64,000 nucleotides of DNA from Octopus vulgaris (lineage: Eukaryota), in assembly GCA_951406725.2 (NCBI GenBank), contig OX597832.1, positions 15,686,001-15,750,000 on the forward strand, read 5' to 3'. The notes beneath the pieces were generated by a model that was not told the DNA's origin, searched no databases, and worked only from the letters and a program-made list of their open reading frames with translations. Both the position numbers and the translations under genes were made by a program. Positions within the stretch are counted from its first letter, which is position 1; the number at the start of each line of letters is the position of its first letter. Positions 55,757 to 64,000 of the stretch are shown in pieces.

Positions 55757-56375
55757 TTATACACACACAAACTGTTAGACGCACATATATATCTATATAC
55801 ATATGTGTATATGTGTATAAATGTATGATTGCATGGCTGGGTGGAAATAATGATGTCAACAGTGTTTGGAACCTTACACTGTTTCTCTAAGATAGTAGAT
55901 AAATGTACGAATGTTTAGAAAAATACATAACACACATTAATAACTTTAATTACACATAGTGAAGCGTAGCTACAACCAATGCGTAATTAATACTAAAATG
56001 ACGATATTTAATTTATGTGCAAAAAATAATTGCATATTGTAAATAATCTCAGCACCTGCAAAAATGGCGTTTCCATGGCGTGTAATGCGGAGTAAACAAA
56101 TAATAAATGACATCAAATAAATTATTAATGACCTTGTAATTAATATCCTCGCGATTTGATATGTCCTTATCTGAAAATCCTGAATCCCAAACACCTGAAT
56201 AGTTCACCTCATTAAAACCACACTTAGTTAACTCTATATGATCAACGATAGAAGACGAAAAGCCTCAGTCGCTCAGCTACAACGATACATAATCAACCAT
56301 TACGTATACAACATTTCTCATATTGATGAGGTCTCCCTTTACACAAAAGGATGTAAAAATTGCAGAAGTAACATA

Positions 56376-56780
56376 CAGGAGTGGCTGTGTGGTAAGTAGC
56401 TTGCTTACCAACCACATTGTTCCGGGTTCAGTCCCACTGCGTGGCACCTTGGGCAAGTGTCTTCTACTATAGCCTCGGCCCGACCAAAACCTTGTGAGTG
56501 GATTTGGTGGACGGAAACTGAAAGAAGCCCGTCGTATATATGTATACATAAATATGTGTGTGCGTGTGTGTTTGTGCGTCTGTGTTTGTCCCTCAAGATT
56601 TGCTTGACAACCGATGCTGGTGTGTTTATGCCCCCGTCACTTAGCGGTTCGGCAAAACAGATCGATAGAATAAGTACTGGGCTTACAAAGAATAAGTCCC
56701 GGGATCGAGTTACTCGATTAAAGGCGGTGCTCCAGCATGGCCGCAGTCAAATGACTGAAACAAGTAAAAGAGTAAAAAGA
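56376..56780 (+). mobile_element. SINE family B
   Basis: Homologous to 45180-45663. Confidence 0.9.
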
Positions 56781-56781
56781 A

Positions 56782-56823
<42 letters not shown>

Positions 56824-56831
<8 letters not shown>

Positions 56832-57070
56832 ACCGACCAGTCGATCAGATGTAGTTACACATCGTTCGCATTGTTTTACCCTAAGCGAGCAGGCGAACAG
56901 AAGAAAGAGTGAGAGAAAGTTGCGGTGAAATAGTACAGCAGGGTTTGCCACCAACCCCTGCCGGAGCCTCGTCGAGCTTTTAGGTGTTTTCGCTCAATAA
57001 ATACTCACAACGCCCGGTCTGGGAATCGTAACCGCGATCCTACGACCGCGAGTTCGCTGCCCTAACCACT
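56824..57070 (-). mobile_element. SINE family A, tail 3, internally deleted
   Basis: Homologous to 36064-36371. Confidence 0.85.
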
Positions 57071-58683
57071 ATATATATATACAACTTATTGTTCTACAAA
57101 GATTAAGAATGTACATCAGCGGAGTTACGATGAATCTTGTCAAAACCAGGTGAAATGGAAACAATAGGGGTTTTGAAAAAATACATTTGGTCTATTATTA
57201 TACTATTTGCAAGAAATATCAACTATAGCCGCGCGAAAGAAAATTTTAAGTGATTAAATTTTCTTCATTTTTTTCTGTATCGTACTGCAATGAGCGGAAC
57301 GGTTGGCAGGTCATTGAAACATTACTGTCGATGCATCTACTTCACCGTGTGTTATTAATGGTCATGTTCTCCAATTATTTCGGTGAAATAGTAACTGTAT
57401 ATACGACTGGTATTTTTGCTGAAGGCTTAAGCGAGAGAACGAATGATATACCGTTTCCAAATCATGCGCACGAAGACATATCCTTTTCTTTTTATGCATC
57501 CTGCATCATCAAAAACACACTATACCTGCATACATATTGGTTCACGAGTTCTCTTCAAAACGCTGGAGGTTAATTATTGTCTCTCTACAATTTCTGGTTT
57601 TACAGAAAAGCAATAGAAAGAAACGTGAAAATATCCACATGCAGACATTCTCAGCATATTCATTACACCTTGGAAAAAAAAACTATGCAACTTTTCACTT
57701 TCAGACACAATAAACGAATTTCACTGATTGAATTCCATGCGCCAAATGAAATGCTAGATTTGGAGGATGAGTAGTCACAGAGAATCAACGAAATGTTTTG
57801 CAAGCTGTTATAGCAATGCAGCATGCATTAATGTTAACTCTGTTCTAAGAATATCTTCACTTTCCTTCTATAAGTTTGTCCCAAAAGTTCGTAGAAAGTC
57901 TTGGAAAATAATGGTCTTTATTTTGAGGAATAATTTTTGTTGTTTTTGTTAGTACTTGGCGAGTAAAAATTTAATTTTCGCAAGTGTTTACGAACTTTTG
58001 GGACAACCTAATATTTAGTTTTCAAACTATGGTGTGTAGAACTTATGACAATTGTAAGAACCAAACATGTTCTTTTGCCCTTATAGGTAAAACATTTTCT
58101 CTTACAATGCTACGTTTTTATATGTTGAATGGCAAGTTCTTTAACTGCATGAAATACATAAAATTTGAACACCAGCACTCCTAATTTTCTCGCACGATTT
58201 ACCTGATATTTTGGTGCCGTCTAAGAGGAAGATTAAAAATAATAAGAGAACAGAAGAACTAAGTTTGAGGAATTAAGATATTCAACGAAATTACTAGGGA
58301 GCGGTTGTAATCTCTTATGACCATTCAAACTTACATAACGTACACGATGCATTTCATACAAAATTGTCTACGCAATAACACCTCCGTTTTTAATTGTAAT
58401 AAGGCGAGAAATAGTTTCAGAAGTACATCAATAGATTTCCTCTGGGTTGTGAAAACAATACAAATGTATTTTATATTTTAGCGATAAATATTAGCAGACT
58501 TGGTGCACTACGCTTCGATTTTTGGTAGAGAAGCGAGGGATTTTCCGTTTAATGGAAAGTGGTTGTGTAACAACTATATAAAAAATATCAAGTAAAAGCA
58601 TTTACAACAGGAAAACATTACATACAATGTATAGACATTTGGCAAAGAAATGTTATATATACTGTGTCATTCGTAACTCTCTC

Positions 58684-58721
<38 letters not shown>

Positions 58722-58916
58722 CCTTCCTTGAGGTCAATACCCATCAACTCTTAAAAAATCAGTTATAAAGTTAATATAAAGGTTATAGATTGTGAGATGC
58801 TATTCAGCATCTGAACTCAACACATTTGTTTTTATCATTCTCCTATCTTTTCTTGTACCTTTCTGTCGAAGAGCGTAGACTCGAACGTAAAACACATCAC
58901 CAGTTTTCCGGAGCCT

Positions 58917-59120
58917 CAAGGTAGTAAGCTGGCAGAACACATCAACACACTTGGTGGTATTTCGTCTGTTTTTGCGTCCTGATTTCAAATTTAGCCGCCG
59001 GCGATTTGCCTTTCATTCTTCGGGCTCGATAAATTAAGTACCTGCTACGTTCTGGTGTTGATCTTATCTACTGACCCCCTCTCCCAAAATTTGCGGCCTT
59101 GTGCCTAGAGTAGAAAGAAT
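58917..59120 (+). mobile_element. SINE family C (short-tail variant)
   Basis: AGCTGGCAGAA..GGTATTTCGTCTG..TTGCCTTTCAT..TTGTGCCTAGAGTAGAAAGA. Confidence 0.8.
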
Positions 59121-59220
59121 TTTTTCCGAGCATCAATCTAATACACTTTCTTGTTGTCCGACAACTGTCTCAACATTGGTTTTCTATAACCTTCAATTAT
59201 ACATGTATGTGTATGAATAA

Positions 59221-59269
<49 letters not shown>

Positions 59270-59770
59270 CGTGTGCGTGTATGTGTGTGTGTTCGTACGT
59301 GCCTGTATATGTATGTAAAGTTGAGATCTAATGATGAAGGTGTAGGAAGGTAGTAAACTCGAAGCAGTCCGTAGAAGGTAGAAGTATAAGTTTCAGGAAC
59401 ACTATTATTTATTGTCGTAGAAAGCCGAAATTTATTCCGGAATAGAAGTAATTATTTTATAGCAAATGCATAGAATCATGGATTGATGTGCGTACGAACA
59501 GAAATGCAAAATTAAGGAATGGAGTAGATATAAAAAGGTTACATATGCTTCGTAGATAGGAGAAGCTCGGATATAACAGTAACTATTCAAACTAGGGCTA
59601 AATCGCTGACTATCCATCATCTGTTCCCTTGACGACAATGTCAAGACCTTTTGATAAAGGAATCTTTGGCTCCACGAGTAGCTAGTAAATTACCCCTCGT
59701 TTGAATAATTGCAATTCCCGAGATTCTGCTAGCTGTGGGACATATATAATCTGGAACCTGAAGCATTCCC

Positions 59771-59831
<61 letters not shown>

Positions 59832-59871
59832 GTGCGTGTGTCAGTGAGTCTCTGTGTGTGTGTGTGTATAC

Positions 59872-59948
<77 letters not shown>

Positions 59949-60621
59949 TACATGTATGTGTGCGTGTGTGTGTATAATATATAATATAACGCGTCGAGAA
60001 AGGTGACCAACAACGTCAGTATATACTCTAGAAAGTAAAGACCGTACTAGGATGTATTTGTTTCGTAAGGACACTTGAAAGCTGTGCACCAGCATAGCAT
60101 CAATCTTATGGAAGTAACGGCTGCGATAGAAATGATTATGTACCCGTAAATTGAAGGATATGAAGCGTCGAAAGAAATATTCAAAATAAAAATGATTTTA
60201 AATATTGTTTTGTATGGATATTTATTTATCACATAAAAAAAATGAAAAATAATATGTCTATAATAATGATATACGATAATCGCTACACATCAGTTTATTA
60301 TGCAATGCAATATAGTTCCTTTAGCCAAGTGGCCATGCATATCTAAATTGGTTTGTGAGTATTTACTTACAAATGTTAAACTAAATATTAATAATATATT
60401 ATATAATTTAAGTGGTGTCTATGTAGAGGAACTCACAAGTGCTGATTTCATTTAGCGGTTAATTCATTAATGTAATTGATTATATATCCATTGTAAATTG
60501 CTTTACTATAATTTCATTTGCAAATATTCCTGCTTCTAGAAATATTACATAGCAAAAGCTGCTAGATACATGTACAATTTGTAAAATTCATATAACTTTC
60601 TTCCAGAGGTACTTTGCCTTC

Positions 60622-60657
<36 letters not shown>

Positions 60658-60859
60658 AAGAGGGAGAGTGAGAGAGAAAGAGAAAGAGAGAGTGTGTGTG
60701 TGTGTGTGTGTTTTATAGGATATGCGAAAATGCTTGATGCTGCGTACGGGTATTTCTTTACTGCATGTGGATGGCCCGTTGCAAGCCAGAGGAGACAACC
60801 ATCCAACCAATGTTTCTGGTTACGCTTTTCATTACTAGTGAATATTTTACAATGCGGGA

Positions 60860-61060
60860 ATGCAAATCCTACCTCATCGTCTTTTAATCGCATTTTTATG
60901 ACGCGTAGACATAGAACTGGGTCTATTCTTACATTCCAGTCAGCACACAGCGCTAGATAAACCTCAAATGAATAAGACAACTTGTCTCTTGGTCCGTGAA
61001 TCGAACCCACGATCTGACAATTACTAATGTAACTCCCTAATACTGGATCACGGGTCTTCC
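60860..61060 (-). mobile_element. old tRNA-headed SINE-like copy (fourth family)
   Basis: Minus GGAAGACCCGTGATCCAGTATTAGGG..GATCGTGGGTTCGATTCACGGACC with a clear B box; single copy in this window. Confidence 0.5.
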
Positions 61061-61164
61061 ACTTAGTATGTAGTACATATAAAATAGTGATTACTGAAAT
61101 TACTTTTAATATTAACCAAAACACCCAAAACGGCTAGCACTCCAATTTATATTTGACAGAGTGG

Positions 61165-61357
61165 TCAAAGAAGGACAGACAAACGGATTAAGTCTATTAC
61201 ATCGACCCCAGTGCGTAAATGGTACTTAATTTATCGACCCCGAAAGGATGAAAGTCAAAGTCGACCTCAGCGGAATTTGAACTCAGAACGTAACGGCAGA
61301 CGAAATAGGGCTACGCATTTCACCCGGTGTGCTAACGTTTCTGCCAGCTCGCCGCCC
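61165..61357 (-). mobile_element. SINE family C
   Basis: Homologous to 52742-52980; flanking direct repeat ACTCCAAT(T/C)TATATT (61139-61153, 61359-61373). Confidence 0.88.
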
Positions 61358-62420
61358 TACTCCAATCTATATTAAATATCTAACGCCGGTGGAAGTGGAA
61401 ACAATTTTGCGGTATTGACTCTGATGTTTTATGCAGTGTATTCATATTAACCTGATGTCCCATCTGCTTTTTATCCTTCCTTGTCAATAAAATAATACAC
61501 AAGATAGGTAGGGATGTCGACAGTGTCGATTAGCTCCTTGCTTTTAAAAGTGCTCTCCTAGAACGTAACTTGGAATATACATAGCTTTGAATTTTGTGTG
61601 ATATTAGATGAAATAATAACTTTATACGAAAAATAAAACATGTTAGAATAATATTATTTTCATTGTAGTTTTCATTTAATCATTATGTTGAAAGATGTGA
61701 TTTAAAGTGCATGTAAACACAATTACACTAATGCATTGAACGAAAGCCTGATAATACAAATGTGTTTTTGTTGTGTATTTATAATTTCAAATTACAAGCC
61801 CAGTGAATTGATGCATTATAGTTGAAACAAAGGAATACTTGTTTCCCATGGTACATTAGAAATATAACAGGAATAAAAAATATATGCTAACTTCAAAGAA
61901 AATATAATAAAAATTGCTGTGTTATGAACAAATGAATATAGAACTTCTTTTTAAGAACATTTTCGAATATTTTAAAATTTTAAATTCAATTTTAAACTTT
62001 ACGGTATTCCTTGTTTTTTTTTTCGTTTTTGAATGGAACAAGTTCAAAAGAAGTGACTTAATTGCCAAGGGAGCTAATTAGTTCCTTAGGACAGACGTAA
62101 GAAGATAACTCCATTTGAGGCTTAGGAAGATAAACCGTTCATATTGAAAGCTACAATATAAAAGAAGAATATCCACTCAAAGTGAAATAAACAAGTAATC
62201 CTAAAATAAATTAAAACCAAGGAACCGTTGCAGCAGTGGCAATTTAAGGATTTCTTGCTATTTTTAAAATGAATAATTTATTTTTTTTTAAATTGCATTT
62301 ACTCTATTTTCCACGATGGATCTCAGGACATTTTTTTGCTATGTAAAAGACTTGTTTGATCTTTCACTCCTAAATGTAATAAATATAATATATACTACAA
62401 TTTCATGGTATACGATCTAT

Positions 62421-62843
62421 AAGGCTGCGGGTTGGCAGACACGTTAGCACGCCGAGCGAAATACTTCGCGCCAATTCGTCTACTGCTGCATTCTGAGTTC
62501 AAATTCCGCCGACGTCATCTTTGACTTTCATCATTTCGGGGTCGATACATTAAGTACCCATTACGCACTGGGGTCGATATAATCGACTGACTTAATCCGT
62601 TTATCTGTCTTTGTTTTTCCTCTCTGTGTTTAGCCCCTTGTGGGTAGTAAAGAAACAGGTATTTCGTCTGCCTTTACGTTCTGGGTTCAAATTCCGCCGT
62701 GGTCGACTTTGCCTTTCATCCTTTCGATGTCGATAAATTAAGTACCATTTACGCACTAGAGTCGATGTAATCGAATTAATTTGTTTGTCTGTCCTTGTTT
62801 GTCCCCTCTGTGTTTAGCCCCTTGTGAGTGATAAAGAAACAGA
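62421..62843 (+). mobile_element. SINE family C dimer
   Basis: A full copy runs directly into a headless second copy at GGTATTTCGTCTG (~62658). Confidence 0.88.
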
Positions 62844-62934
62844 TAAATGACCGACTACAAAGAATTTGTTAAGTACACACACATAAGTGCACGCACATGC
62901 ACATATATACGCACACATATATATATATATTCTT

Positions 62935-63058
62935 TTCTTTTCTACTCTAGGCATAAATCCTGAAATTTTCAGGGGAGGGACAGTCGATTAGATATAACTC
63001 GATACGCAACTGGTACTTAATTTATCGACCACGAACGTTTGAAAGCCAAAGTCGACCT
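62935..63058 (-). mobile_element. SINE family C 3' fragment
   Basis: TTTCTACTCTAGGCA..CAACTGGTACTTAATTTATCGACC..AAAGTCGACCTC. Confidence 0.8.
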
Positions 63059-64000
63059 CAGGTCTTACTACAGTTTTGAAATGTGATAAACACTTGTACT
63101 ACACATTTGAGAATTTTCGTATTTGGCTTCTGAAGCAGAACAAAAGACCCGGCTATGGCAACCAAAAAGTAAATATTAAAAAAATAAAGCATTTGAACAA
63201 ATTTGGACATACGACAGTATAACGTAAAATCATGCTCTTTATAGCATGTAAGTTTTCCTGTCAAAGGTTACCTCTTCTGTGTATGAATACTTAAATTGTT
63301 TCTACACTATTATATATGAAAATATGTTGTCTATTCACTTTCTAACACATGCTAGTCACCGGTATGAGTTGACTTTTTTTCTAAATTTGTTGCCCTAGTC
63401 ATTTTCACAGCAAAACCTTCGTAGTTTCAAGGCCTTTTTGATATGCAGTTTTAATTTCATTATTGTTTTCTGCCGAATGTAGCTGCGTTTGCGTGGTGGG
63501 TTTGAAAATATAATGTATTCTCCGAAGGCATTTGCTACATACATATGCATTAATCTTAGAGACAGATAACAAACTAATTTATTTGCACATTAATACAAGA
63601 GTCTAAGAGTAACTTTGCAAATTTAGCTTTCTCTTTTCCATCCCATACTTCCTATTGTTTCCATTCATCTTCTCTATCTACCTGCCAATCCCTTTCTATT
63701 CATTGAAACCTCCATTATTCCTTTAATTCATTTTATGATTTCCTTCTCTACTTTTCTCCTCCTATGACGTCAATTTTCTTAACAGTGTTTTAACATTACT
63801 AGCGCCCACTCCTAACCTTCGTTTTCCATATATATATATATATATATATTATAGATTATATATTGTAGTTTTTTCATATTTGTAAAAATGACGTATTGCT
63901 TTGAGAACTACTGTTTATAATCTCCTCCTTGATAAGAATTGAAACATTTTCTCACATTAGTCTTCCTCGCTAATTTAATTTATTTTAATGCATCAATCGC

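Noticed and set aside
57225-58200. Tc1/mariner relic with weak terminal inverted repeats
   Set aside because: The TIR match is poor and the putative transposase motifs fall in the wrong order.

Overview
AT-rich, microsatellite-saturated eukaryotic non-coding DNA; the SINE/LINE repertoire suggests a cephalopod (Octopus-like) genome (inference). No intact host protein-coding gene is supported, and nearly all listed ORFs are simple-repeat artefacts. The window contains: a near-complete but disrupted Penelope-like element (PLE; RT + GIY-YIG) with a degenerate hammerhead in its 3' pLTR; six R4/Dong-like LINE relics associated with (TAA)n; two CR1/L2-group fragments, one with twin-priming geometry; a Tx1-like fragment; and about 20 tRNA-derived SINE copies from at least three families with swappable tails. 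The most unusual signal is a set of small non-coding elements with minimal hammerhead-ribozyme cores. Two are sequence-unrelated fold-back elements with the same architecture inside (TA)n (34.9 kb, 46.2 kb). A third (16.9-17.7 kb) may link a tRNA-like Pol III head to a hammerhead tail. All coordinates were read by eye and relic boundaries are approximate.
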